Below are positions 35,901 to 48,700 of a stretch of 64,000 bases of DNA, in pieces (position 1 is the stretch's first letter; each line of letters begins with the position of its first letter). The notes beneath the pieces were generated by a model. That model saw only the letters and a program-made list of their open reading frames with translations. It was not told where the DNA came from and made no database searches. The translations under genes and the position numbers were made by a program. This DNA is from Marsupella aquatica (taxonomy: Eukaryota > Plantae > Marchantiophyta). The DNA is taken from contig OZ316893.1 of the NCBI GenBank assembly GCA_973895155.1, positions 2,438,430-2,502,429 of the forward strand, in the 5' to 3' direction.

Positions 35901-38900
35901 TACCCACGCTGGTAGGTCACCAAGCACGTTGGCTACTTACTTCTGTTAGTTTACCACATGCCAGACCCTTTAGCTCCCTTGTATGTTGTTTCTTGCTCTG
36001 TCGTTCTTTATATGATTGAGTGAAATGTTTCGAAGGAATAAGCTACCAAACACATCGATTGAGAATTATTGATTTCATACAGCGATGATCTGCATCATGG
36101 AAGAATGTTTTCTTAGGACTTGTTGGGAACCTCAAAACTCGCATCTCTTTAAGCTTTACCTACTGGATCCTAAGTTCCTTTTCATAAGTGGGCTTACTTG
36201 TGTGACAAAAGACAAGTTCTTCCAAATTCCTTGCTTGCATTAAGAAAATAAAAGTTTGCTTTTATCCTTTGATGTTTTGATTGAGGAAATTTTGAGGATC
36301 AGATAACAAAAGTGTAGCACTAAAGCATTGTTAGGATGGATATCGATCTGTATCACGAAAATAAATTGATGCACCGTGGAGTTTACATCAAGTCCGATTG
36401 GTAGGTGAAGTCCAATCGATACTAGTAAACTAAGGTGACAAATTATCTGCAACCAACAAGTCAGTCTTACTCAATTTGCACCCATAGGACCGCTGTTGTT
36501 ATTCTTGTCTAACTTACTTAAAATGGCATCGATGCAAGCACGTGGAATCAACATTTTGAGAACCAACATTCTTAGACCATCAGATGATCGATGAAATACA
36601 CTGTTCACGACTAAAAAACTGTACATTTTGAAGGCTGTCTTCATGATCGTATGATCGTGCAACTTGGAGGTATGCCACCACCACTTGAATCCCGGTCATC
36701 CCCAATCCCGTCCCCAATTAAGCCCAATTTCAATCTGGACCTGAGCTCCATGCCTCTGATGTTCTAAACTGTGATCGCTACACTGACTACAGCACCGAGA
36801 ATCTGCTTAGAATCCAGTGCCGTCCTATATATTATGATGTACAACCCTCAACCCTCCTCTGGAAGAGGACCGAGAAATATGGGAACAGAAACAACAGCGA
36901 CTAATGATGGTCAAGGTATCAAACAACTCGATTTTCGGCTCTATGCGGGTTCTGGGCATCACCTTCAAGTCCAAGACGTAACGCCTTGATGTTCCACGAT
37001 GAGTGTCTCAACAGGCCGGTACACAACCAACCAAGAGGAAGTCCGAGCCTTCTTAAGCCCTGAGCTAAGCTCTAAGCAGTCAATGTTCAACATCGTAATG
37101 TCTTTCTTCCAGATTAGAGAGAAGCAGGGTACATTAGAAACAGGGCGCAAGGGTCGTTACAAATTTGATTTTGAAAAGGAGGCTTCAACTTAGAGATGGT
37201 GCTGGAGTACGCCCCATGTTTTCTGGTTTGGAAATATATGCAAGTCGGCACCGTACAGGGTGAGGAAACAGGCGCTTGAGTTTCTTTCGGGTGATGGATC
37301 TATATATTCAGACGTCGGGAGAGGCCATTCGGTCCGTTATCTGTTGCTGTGTTTGTTAATTTTGAATTGAGATTCGAAGGTAACGTACTTGGATACATCT
37401 GTGAAGGAAGCATGTGTAGCATGTTGATGGCTAAATATCCTGGACAATCCATGAGAAGTGATAGATCTTGCGAGAGATCTTACTCCAGCTTTGCAGAGCA
37501 GTTGTTGAGATTAGAAATTCAGGTCTTTTCTACGAGATCGTCTTGATCTCGTGCTAGTTCCGGGCTAAAACTTTGAGAAATATTCTTTCCCGCCGAGGGC
37601 AAGGAAGTTCACAAGTCAAATCACAGGATAAGCAAGTAAACCCTCCTTGTGTAGGAAGCGGCCGTATTTGTATCATTGTGAGTGCCAATCAGAGAAAATG
37701 AGCTCTTGACCTAGTAGCATTCTGCACATCTAGCATTAACGCCCGGCTTAGAGCGAGAGGAGGTGGCACACTCAGGGACCACTTAACTCTGATTGAATTC
37801 TCTGCATCAGTACCGGTCTCTCAACGGTGCCTGTCACTTTAGGATGGAAGTAACAATCTAATCTTCTTTGGGAAAGGCTTCTGAGCAGATAGTTGGAAGA
37901 TTATTTTAATTTGAACACTTCCAGGCTATGGCTATTCGACGACAGCAAGTTGTCGTGATGTCGCAGGTTTGCCATTTCGTATTAATTTGCTAGGTTTCCA
38001 CGATGATGTGTGCCTTTAACACTTTTTTCTGCTCGCGGCCAGTTTGAAAGCAGGGAAATGTTTGAAATCCAGGATGCCAGTTTGAGCACGTTCCGAGTTC
38101 CTGCTCAGCTGTAATTGAGTGTTTGTGGTATCTTTGACCTAGCATTCAAGACTTTTCACGAAGTGTGGAGACGGTTGAAGTTCTGTTGTCGAGCTTGTAG
38201 GCCCCGTAGCAATGTCTGGCGACTTCCTTGCATGGGATGTGCCGGCCCTGAATTTCTTGGGTGTATCTAAGAATGCCTACGATAGTTTCTCAATAATTTC
38301 CAGTAAGGACAGGGCCTCCAGTTAAGCTTTTTCAGAGGTAATTCTCGTAGAAACAGAGAGGGATGGTTTTTCTTCAAGCCCAGTTTCCCGCGGCACCAGA
38401 TAGAGGATTTTGCCGGGACTCCAAAACAGTCATCTAGAATGACATTAGTTTGTCCTTGATGGTGATGACAAAACTTTATACAATGCATTTAAATGTCACC
38501 AACACTGGGCTCGTCTCACAAAGGTGTGTTCAAAGCTGACTTTCCTTCAGTATTTTGTAATCCCTTTTGTAAGCCCATTATTGGTCATACGCTTGGCGAC
38601 CAGTCACGTACCTTCAATGCATTACACTTTCACATTGTCTGGAGCAAGCAGTTGTCGGGTGAGAGATCTCTAAGCCAAAAAAGCATCAAAGATGAAAGCA
38701 ACATAAAAGGATGCCAACAAAGGAAAGAAACAAGGCTTTCACTGCACACGTACACGTACCGCAATCATCTTGACGGAGAATCCACAGTCCAGAATCAACT
38801 CTAATGCTATCCGCTTTGAGACTAAAGGCGCTCAGAACACTTGTGTTCCGAAACCAAGGGCAGATTATTACCATATCGCCGGTCGACCAGCAGCTACGCT

Positions 38901-39399
38901 TCGCCTTCATGATATTTGACAGATGCTGAGGATAGTCCAATGCTGTTCTCAAGTCTAAGGAAACACCGTCGGCTATACGGAAGTCAAGGAAACAGCAATT
39001 CTGAGAAGCCATTCATATGGTCATAGATGTGCCACATAAACCCTATCGGAAAAATAGAAGTGTTACTATTTCTCACCTATCATCGCTCCCTCTCCCCACC
39101 ACCTCGTTGGTTCCGAAAGTGTTGAGGTGACTTCGTAAGGCACATTTTTGGTCTTTATGACATCCAGCGAGTTTTATTCCATGACAGTAACGTCTTCCTT
39201 GACCATAACGAATTGTATTTTGTGTGCGAAAACCTTCAGATATGCAGAACAGAATTGGGTCATTCTGCTCCATCATCCACACTTAGCCTCAGGATTTCGG
39301 TTCCGGCACGATGCAAGAAACAGTGGGTATTGGGTTTGCGTCGGGGTTTGCGTAGAAGTATTATGAAAAGCAGCTTTTGTACAACTTTTTCACTCCGAA

Positions 39400-41776
39400 A
39401 TGGCGCCCAGGCCCGACGATCTCATGCTCATTCGACCATCCAATCTTGCTAAGGAAGACCTCCATGATCCTGGAGAGGATGAGAAGTTCTTGCTGGCACG
39501 GCCGAACGTCGGGTGGGAAAGGGAAAAAGTTTCGTTCCAAGAAACCACGACCCGTTTGAAAGGAAGAGATAGAGATCCCTTTGTCACTGACATCATACTC
39601 ACGGAAGCTTGTGCTGCACATGCCGACGTGTTTCTTCATCATTGTCCATTTGGCTGCCAGCACGAATTAGTTGTTTTTCAAGCTGATGCTCTACGCGCCA
39701 AATGCGACCGCAGTACTGGCCACAGCTTGGCTGTTGTTACTTCTGTTGATATAGCTCGTCTACTTCGGCAGCAGCATAGTCGCAGCCTTGGACAATTTTT
39801 TGCCGCCGAGTAAACGCCCGAATCTTCAGCTGGATGGTCACTACTACCCTACAGTGCACATTTTTCTGCCGTGCTGTAAAGAGCCCACGGATGTTCCAGT
39901 TGAGAGCATTATATTCGTGCTGCACTGAAAATGGACTACTCTCGGCCGATTTAAAGTGCTGGTGTTAGACGACGGCGGAGACGACGATCTCAAGGTGATT
40001 TGCGAGGCCATGCAGGTGGAGACCGGCGGCGTGGTCGTCTACTTGAGGAGGACCAAGGTGCGTGAGGTCTATATATATTACTGGCTCTTCGTTGAATAGT
40101 GTAGTGTCCTTGGTTCCTGCCAGACACTCTACCAAATGTCAGCCGACATGAAAAGTCTTAGGTTCACGAACCAGCGTATTAGTTATTCTGACTATTCAGA
40201 TGTTTAAGTTACAAACAGGAGGTGAATTCTTTGTCGAAATCGAAGAGAGGACTGAGCCACTTTTTCTACTATTACAATTCAGACAACTAGTTGCATTATT
40301 GTTTAGCTAGAAGCATGTATTTCTAGAATGTGTACAAGTGATTTAACAGTGGAACTGTGAAAAGAAAAGCAATACAACTAATATGATTCAAGTTTATTTA
40401 TCTGAAGGAGAATTGTCTACTTTTCGTGCAGACGCCAGGTGTACCGCACCACTTCAAATGTGGCAACATGAATTATGGGCTGAAACACTCGAACTCTGAG
40501 TATGTGGTGATGATGGACGCGGACATGATTCTCCACCCTTGGTTTCTTCGCAGGCTACTTCCTCACATTGTCAAACTCTCCGGACATTTCCTTCGTGCAG
40601 ATACCGCAGTCATTCTATAACCTCCCACTGGGCAACCCATTTAACGACTCGAGCATTTTGGGTTATGACAAGGTCCTGGTGCACAGAGATTCCCTGGATT
40701 GTGCAACGTGCATCGGTACGGGGTATATCTTCAGGCGAAAACATCTAAACGTCATTAATTGGAGGATTTCAACCTCAGTCCATCACGGAAGACACTATCA
40801 CTGCTTATGCTCTGTTTAGAGAAGGTTATCGGTCTGTTTACCTGAACGAGAAGCTCCAAATTGGACTGGTGCCTTGGACCTTTGAAGGATATATAAAGCA
40901 GCGCTGCAGGTGGGGCCAGGACGCCATGCAGCAGTTCAGGGCCACATGGAGACCAGTGTTCGGCAAGGACAGCAAACTCAACTTCTCAAGGTCCTGTACT
41001 TTTGGCATACGGGCTACTACTTCCTCTCCTTCGTCAATATCATTCTGAGTGCTTGGTTGCTGGGTGCCCTCATATTTAAAGCCAAGTTAACGGTTGGAAA
41101 TGAGGACGACAGTCGTGGACAACTCGTAAGGCTCTCCTGCAGTTTGATTTTCTGGCGCATTATGTCGACTTGTCGGTGGTTGCAATTACCTCTGTCGATT
41201 CAGAGCTAGAACAGGGAGGAGTCCCAATTCTGGTGGATCGGATGTCTCCATTCTTCTGTCAGATGATCTTTGAGTCCTTGTTCTCGTACAGCTCCACGTT
41301 CAGATTTGTACCAATCAGCAACGTAGACAGAGATGCCTTCAGAGGAAAGAGGTCACCATGGATGAAACAGACGAGTGAGCTGAAACATGTTACATATATT
41401 CCATACAGGCTACACAGTCGTCATTGTGAGCGTCGTCATCGTTAAGCTTCACATTGCTGTGAAGCACTATGGCCTGGAGGACTGTAGTGAAAGCTTAGTT
41501 TTATATTTTTAGCCTGTCGCTTTTCCTGCTCTCTACATGCGCGCACATGATGCTGCCCGTGTTGTACATTTTGTGCCCGACGGGCTTCAAGCCATCCCAA
41601 CGCAAGTCTCTGCTGAGGTATGATGCTGATGGAGACTGCGTAGCCGAAGTGGTACTGGTCAGTTTGGCTCTATCAGGGCATCGTCGTTACAACATTAAAT
41701 TGCATTCTGGCCATTAAAGTTGTGGATACTAAAATCGAAAGCGGATACAAGATGGTGCAAAAAAGGAGCACTTTGA
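39400..41776 (+). pseudogene. Inverted pseudogenised duplicate of the GT2 glycan synthase
   Basis: Same MAPRPDD start, same intron position (aag|gtgcgt at ~40058, ttttcgtgcag| at ~40431) and TPGVPHHFKCGNMNYG...MDADM. Frameshifts at about 39590, 39910-39945, 40575, 40755 and 40985. In-frame TAGs at about 39772 and 41207. Confidence 0.92.
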
Positions 41777-42319
41777 AGCAAATCGAATTCAGTGTTCATA
41801 AACTCTGTTAAGAATAGAATCTGTCCGAAAACATCTGTAATGGAAGGTGATACTAATTCGTTCGAGAATTGAAAACGAAGTTGAGCACTCGGTACTACTG
41901 TAGCTAGTAACATTGACTAGACATCAATCTGAATTTATAATGTGGATCGACTAAAATTGGTAGTCCTGGAGAATCTTTTGTCGGTACAGAGCTTGAAGCT
42001 CGTGCATGATCGATAACCATCTGGTTTCACTTGGACAATGGAGCCGGATTTTAAACATTGCTCAACTTTTCAAATCCAGTTCTGGACGTAGAAATTTAGG
42101 CCCCTAACTCAAACATTGGTTTCGCTACAGACGTGTGTTCTTTCCCGCAATTGCCAATCATAGAATTGCAGTCTCAGTCTCCACGAAACAATTAATATAG
42201 TATTATCCATCCGTCCCTTGTGGAGCACCCATCCCTGTCGTCGGAACTAAATTCATTTGAGTGTGTATTTATTAGGGTGTGTCAAAGCACTAAATTCACT
42301 TGAGTGTATATTTATTAGG

Positions 42320-42990
42320 GTGTGTCACAGCTGGTGTGTCAAAGCCAGGTTCACGGAGCTCCTATTGCACCCAAGGTCAATGGAGTTTACTCAATGGAAC
42401 ACACATTTGGGGCACGAGTTATGGTCCAATTCGGGTTTGGTCGATTGAGGGTCCTAGGCGACGATGAAATCTGAGGGCCTAGGCATGAGCACCGAGTCAA
42501 CCTGATTACAACGAGCTAAGGCACTCCGCTTGCGAAGTCTAACTAGAAAATTTTGGGCATGGCCAGTTGGTGGCGCGCCCAGACATGCAGGTGGGGGGCC
42601 AAAATTTGGGGACCAAAGTTGGTCCGGAGGTGGCAGGTCTCCAGAAACATATATGAGAGGAGTGATGTCTCCTTGAGGGCTAAGGGCGAGCCAAAGTCAT
42701 AAGCCGAAGCGATCACGACACTAAGGAAAAATGTCAAACGGAAACAGCGATAACTTCTAAACAGAAAATCTTTTGGGGGACTTTTGGGTGTGTTGGAAAG
42801 CTCTCAAGGAGGACTATATCCTCCTGAGCTCAGCTGGATCTTGGGGTGCCATAGGTTCTCGGGGTTTGCGGGGGGCTATCTCATCCACTTGCCAAATGCT
42901 ACCTAAACAACAGCCAAGCCGCGTTCTGTCTCTCAAGGGAATTTGTGTTGGGGAGGCAAGGCCAAGTAGGCGTGGAGTAAAGTTCCTAAA
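42320..42990 (+). mobile_element. Non-coding interspersed repeat (LTR-like), homologous to 16200-16870
   Basis: Shared 'tatatgagaggag...aagggcgagcc-aagtcat...aaatgtcaa-cggaaac...agctcagctgg...gggggctatctca...cttgccaaat'. It starts TGTCA after a ~45-bp tandem duplication (42250-42330). Confidence 0.6.
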
Positions 42991-43042
42991 CCCTAAACTT
43001 GGCCCCTAGGAATGAGCACACGGTAATAAGAACACCTTGCAT

Positions 43043-45760
43043 TTTATTTTTTTTATTTTTTTTATTTTTTTATATACACAAACTTTTTACAAAAAAGGGC
43101 CAAACAGAGTACAAACTAATAAACAAAAGAGGTCCCAAGTGGACAAAATCAAATGCAAAAGAAGTGAGCAAAAGGGAAACCTCTAAAAACCAAGAAAGAG
43201 GAACTAAAACTACCGTGAATGGACCGAGATCCTCATCATTCCTAGCAAATATGGCAAAAAGCTAATGGTCCACATCAAGTATCAAACTTAATTAGCAAGT
43301 GGGATTGGAATGTCCTCTAGTGGGGCTAGCCGCTGCGGAGGCACACTAACACCCACTGCCAGAGATCGACGATAGATGACCTGAGCTTAAGCAAGCTGTA
43401 AGGTGACTTAAATGCGTTGGCAAAAGTGTGTGGTCAAAACAGATAGCAGGGGTCTGGTGGGACCCATCCAGCCATGAACATCCCGAGCAGCTTGTCAAAG
43501 AAGCCCATCAAATTGATGATGGAGATGCCCAAATATCCCAAGAGAAATGGGGAAAAAACTATCAGATGAAGCTCGTGCAGCATATTTGGCCTTCGGGGGT
43601 CTCACTATAGGGGGACCTCCCCATCACCTACGACGTTTTTAGGCCTCGGACCCCCTAAAATATAAGAAAAAATTATTAGTTTTTAACCACTATAAAGTTA
43701 GAATATTCCAAAATTTGGATTAAAAAGACCCTAATGTTCTTATAAGTCTCAAAATTGAATTTTAAAGACCCTATTGTTCTTCTACAAAAATTCTTAAGTC
43801 TTCCCTTATAACCAATAAAATGACCCTATCCGTCGTCGCACGTGATATGCCATTTTTGTGGAAGTGAAACCCCTGAGATTTGGCCTCCTTCGTTGTTGTC
43901 GCTCGTGATGCCGTTGCTCCTACCGTTGTTGCTTCTGTCCCAATGATGTTTTGGCGCAATGGGTTTGCCACCACTACATCTGCCAAAGTACGTTGACCCT
44001 CACAGACCATGGTAAGATCCACCCGTAACCGCTATGATGGAGGACCAGGTAACTCGAGCACCACCTCCCGCCGCACGCTGATCAAAGAGCCAGAGAGAAC
44101 CTGAGCAGTTGCATCTCTCACATCATCGTGAACAAAAATGGTTTCGCCTCCCAAACTATGGTGAAGGAGATGGACACCTGTGGCATCACAAGGCTTCCCA
44201 CAAGTGCAAGAAGGAGGTAAACTAGCAAGAAGTGCGTGGGGCAGCCCCATACAAAGATGCATGGCTGTCGAGAACTCTATTGAAGACATCTGCAGATGAG
44301 GAATGATTGGATTGGCCTAAAGCCATCCTCCTGTGCCCTTCCCTCCGGAAGAAAGAATCTGAGCTCGGTCCGTGTCAGTTGCCTTGGTGAGGATGTTGGA
44401 GAGGGTGAAAGCATGCATACGCCCAGCAAGGTCTGCCTGAAGATGGATGGGGTCCAAGGATAAAAACTCCTGAAATGAAGGTAACACAGCTTGGACAGGA
44501 TCTGGTAATGATGATCGTGCCACGCGCAAATGAACCTAAAATGAGAGGGAACCCTCCTCTACCTTCATGAGAGACGAAAGTAGAAAAGGTCGATCCTCAA
44601 TAAGGAAAAAATCTGCCAACAATGAGAAGGCAGCCGCCCATGCACCCAAAAAGGCCAAAGGTACAAGGCGCTCAATGGAAGTAAGCCCAAAACCACCCTG
44701 AGAAATAGGAAGACTGAGCTGTCGATGAAGCCAAGAAGATGAGAGCAAAGTACTTGGCCCTAAAAGAGAGGCCAAAGTCTCACGAATGGAGACATCAAAC
44801 GCTTAGAGGTGTAGATAAAGATCCTCAGTAGTAGGATGTGTCCTAGCCAAATAAGATGCGCGAGGGTGGATGCATCTCAACAACAACCCAAATGCTACCT
44901 GAGATTTTGCTAACTTAGGGAGCATAGGAGTAGGGGCTAAGGTAGCTTGGAGAGCGTCAGCAATGAAAGATGAGCAAAAGGAGATGGTACCAATTGGGGA
45001 GCCAAGGACCCAAAGACCGTCGGCTGGACGTAAGAACCCAGAGGGAAGCCCAAGATGAAAGGGTAACCCAATTGGACTCCATGCACGACTCTTCACAGGC
45101 TGAACCCGTAAACCAAGGTCCAACAAATGGGTGGAAAGGGTGGCAAGGGTAGAAGTACCACAGCAGGTGGACCCATGATGTGGGTGTCATCTAAAAGGGA
45201 GAGGAAGATACACTGGGGGTGGGCCGCGGAGGCTTCCTGGAAAGCTGTAAAATGGTCAATGGCAAAAAGAGGCCCACCTAAAGGGTCACCTTGACGTGTA
45301 CCTTCTACAGAAGAACAAGTGGTATACACTCTTGTAGAGGTGTGATGACTATAGAAGAGGGGGGCCTCAAGGCCATAAAAACAATGGACAAAGGGGATAA
45401 GGGACTGGTTGTCTGGATCCGCCGCCCCCAAAGCACAAAAAATTGTTGCCCAAGAAATCGTATTGAAAACATTAGAGACATTTATCTAGAGGACAACCCA
45501 ATCAGGGTGGAGGTCCAAAGTAGCACGAATACCCACAATAATTGTCTCACAACCACCAGGAACGTCCACTGCAAACTGATATGGAGAGAGATGATCTGAT
45601 AGTGTAGAGCAATACTGCGACAAAAGTGTGCAAGACACAAGACAAAGAAAAACCTCTCCAATAGCTATGGGCCGAACCGGTGAAGACTTAGCCATGGCCA
45701 ATAAATGGGAAGCACTCAAAAGCCGAGAGACTGGAGGAGGCAAACAGCTGGCTACAATAC
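43043..45760 (-). mobile_element. Decayed, 5'-truncated CRE-clade (RLE-type) non-LTR retrotransposon
   Basis: Fragmented ORFs show RT motifs RPIAIGE, LSPYQFAVDVPGGCE, GTRQGDPLGGPLF, SLLDDTHI and LSLPISQGGFGL; a zinc knuckle CTCG...HLLH; and a restriction-like endonuclease R.DL...ADVVV...KEAKY...FFPISLGIFG...QRI*VTLQ. A-rich tail reads as T-runs at 43043-43070 on +. Many stops and frameshifts. Confidence 0.85.
43592..43877. mobile_element. 286-bp MITE with 15-bp imperfect TIRs and 8-bp TSD (hAT-like), inserted in the CRE element
   Basis: TSD ATTTGGCC at 43584-43591 and 43878-43885. Ends TTCGGGGGTCTCACT / AGTGAAACCCCTGAG. Removing it restores the CRE frame ...TTKEAK-YAAR... Confidence 0.85.
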
Positions 45761-48700
45761 ACTAGCACAAGGAGAAGAAAACTGGAATGGAGAACTTGGT
45801 CAACTTATTTGAAAAATTATGAGGATGTCTAAGGTAGTTAGACCACCACTGGTCATATAAAAGAGTAGTCTCCAAAACTTCTTTGCCCTTTTTCATATTT
45901 CTCTCCTCCACCCTGATACTTTGCTCCACAATTTTGGGAAAAAGTATTAAAAATGGTGAAATCTATGTAACTACCTTTTTGTCTTGGCTAGCGGATGTTT
46001 AAAGGAACTAGCCAGATCACCCCTTCCTTGAAAGTAAATAGATATGAAAAAAAACAATCATGTGTAAAAAAAACATTATGTTATTTTCCTTAAAGAATAA
46101 TGTGTAATAAAATTTCTGTGTTATTTCCGCTAATCTTTGCCCATCTTTCTTTTTGTCTACAGCATTTCAGTATTGTCTTTATTTGGAATAATACTATTTT
46201 TGTCCATACTCATTTATATTTTTTTATTGAGACTCATGATCACTTTTGTTTTGTACTTTTGTTTTGTACTTTTGTTTTGTCTTGTATTAAGGTTAGGGTC
46301 TAGAGGTTAGACCCTAGACCCTTAAGAATAGACTTGGTTCTCACTTTATAATAAGATGGGCTGGTGCAATAGAAGAATCTTGAAATTGTATAAGAACACC
46401 TTGCATGGACGTCTCGATGATCGTGAGTAAGTCTAGGGTGGTCAAAGGATTGGGCTCGTGTAATCTGTGTTTGAGCTGTCCATAACTGTGAAAGAAGTCC
46501 TTACTAAGTAAGCACGATGTCCCACACAACATTTCGATATTTGTGAGAGTTAGGTTGGGAAAGTCAGCATGTCAGATACGAGCTTCTCCAGCACTGAATG
46601 CCATTCATAAATTTTCTCTTTATAATTTTGGGTGCTTCATAGAGATTTGCATAAGTACATTATGAGACTTGTCGTTACTTTTACTGAAAGGAGTAAAAAA
46701 TTAAAATCTCTTAAGAGCAAGCCTTGAACAAATGTTGTAGCTCAAATTTTTAGAGGCTATTCTTGCCCATAGGTAATGCTCTTGCAAGAGGACATTAATC
46801 CACTTAAACTGACTGTACAATTTTTCTTTGTATAATTTTAATTAGATTATGAATTATTTTCCATAAATGCGCTGAAATCGACAAAGTAGAAAGTGCAGGA
46901 AGGCTTCAGGATCAATAGAAGCCCTTCAAATATTTTGCTAAACCACTCATTTTTGGGAGTGTTAGGGTGCATGTACCAGGACTTTTCTAGTGTCTCAAAC
47001 TTTAGACTCAGATTTTATGGACCTTAACAACAGACGGACAAATTTATGTACTTTCCAATTCGTGGTCCATATATTTTTGCCATAAAGACTGGTCACATGT
47101 CATGACCATAAATATAGCTACTAGTGAAAGAAAACTTAGAAATTTTACATAACCCTGTGTACCCTCAAGAGGCTAGTGAAAAACAATTTAAATTTTTTCA
47201 TATAATAAATCTTGTGAAAAAGTTACGACCATGTCATTATGGCCCCAAGCCATCAGCCGCAATTGTGAAGTATTTGTTGATGGCCAAAAGCAGTGATCCC
47301 CAATTTTGGAGCGATGAGACACCCTAAATATACATAGAAGCCAGCAATCGTTCTCCACTTCATTGAAAAGTTTTACTCACGTTGGACGAAAATTCACCAA
47401 GAGTCTTGTCTTCTTCACAAACCCTTTGAGATTTCCATGACGCCGGCGCAAAATTCACTTAGTGTTTTGTCTTAAAAAACCTTTGAAATTTTCCATGAAT
47501 CCAAACGTTTACGATTATCATGACGCTGATGCTGGGTTTGCGTGTCGAATCTGGCGTTGCTGCGTTTTGTGGGCCGTCCCTCTGGCTCAGTCTGCTGGGT
47601 TCGTTGGATTTATGTGGTAATGATGATGGGCGTTGTGGGGCAAGTCTCACCATCGTGGACGATCTCGCCTTGGCATCGGAGCCCAAAATTCGAGCTCTCA
47701 CTCGTAAAGTGGCAGGCAGGGGGCTAGTCTTAGGATCGTGGACGAATCCCACTTTGCCGTCGTTGTCCAAATTGAAGCTCAGCACAACATTCATTCGCTT
47801 AGCGGCTGCCTGAGTTGAAGTTCATGATGAGACCGTTGACGCATGCTGGTGAAAGATCCGAGTCACCTCTAGTGGGTGGGTCGGCGACGACAATCCTGGG
47901 GCACTAAAGAACGATTTTTAAGTCAAGCACACTTACTTAATTCCCAAATATAGGTGGTGACGATTGCATTTTCCGTGCTTAACCTAGTCTACTTGTAGGA
48001 CCATCATTCCAAAATTCCACTACAGTGGTAGTACGAAGCCGAAAAGGTGTCAAAGAGCGTGAGGGGAAATCCCGATTTGAGAATACGACGCTGATCTTTA
48101 ATCCTCCTCGGTTTCGTAACTATAAAATATTGAATAAATTAGTCATGCTCATGTAGAAGTATGATCCGTTTCTGCCGACACTGACCCCGAAAAGACTATA
48201 AAGCCAACTTTCTTGTCTTCGAATTCTTAGAAGTATAAATGAATCATATCTCAGATTGTTGGAACAGTCGTTTCCGATATTTCTCGTGGCCATCTGTTGA
48301 ACAGTTTTCGGATTGCTGCCCTATTTGAGAGAATAGAGAGGCAGACCAATGCAGCATTAGTACTTACTCGACTGGAAAAGGTTCATCTATATCATACATA
48401 CAGCTTTCATGTTAACGTTCGTCAGAAAATCTCAGCCTTCCCAACCTACACGACTTGGCGAGATTAACAGCTAGAACTTCAGACTGAGACAGGAAGAGAC
48501 CTTTCTGTGGCTGTATCGGACACATCGGTGGAACAGAGAGGACTTTCACAGGTTATCCAAACATGAGTGGCACTCTCGGCTTGTAAGGTACAGTAATGGC
48601 ATGATGTGCAACTTCGTTCGGCTGTGGAGAGGACGAAAGACCGGTTTACTCTCCAGCACTCAACTTTGAGGTAGTTCAAAGACATATAGACGGCACAGCT

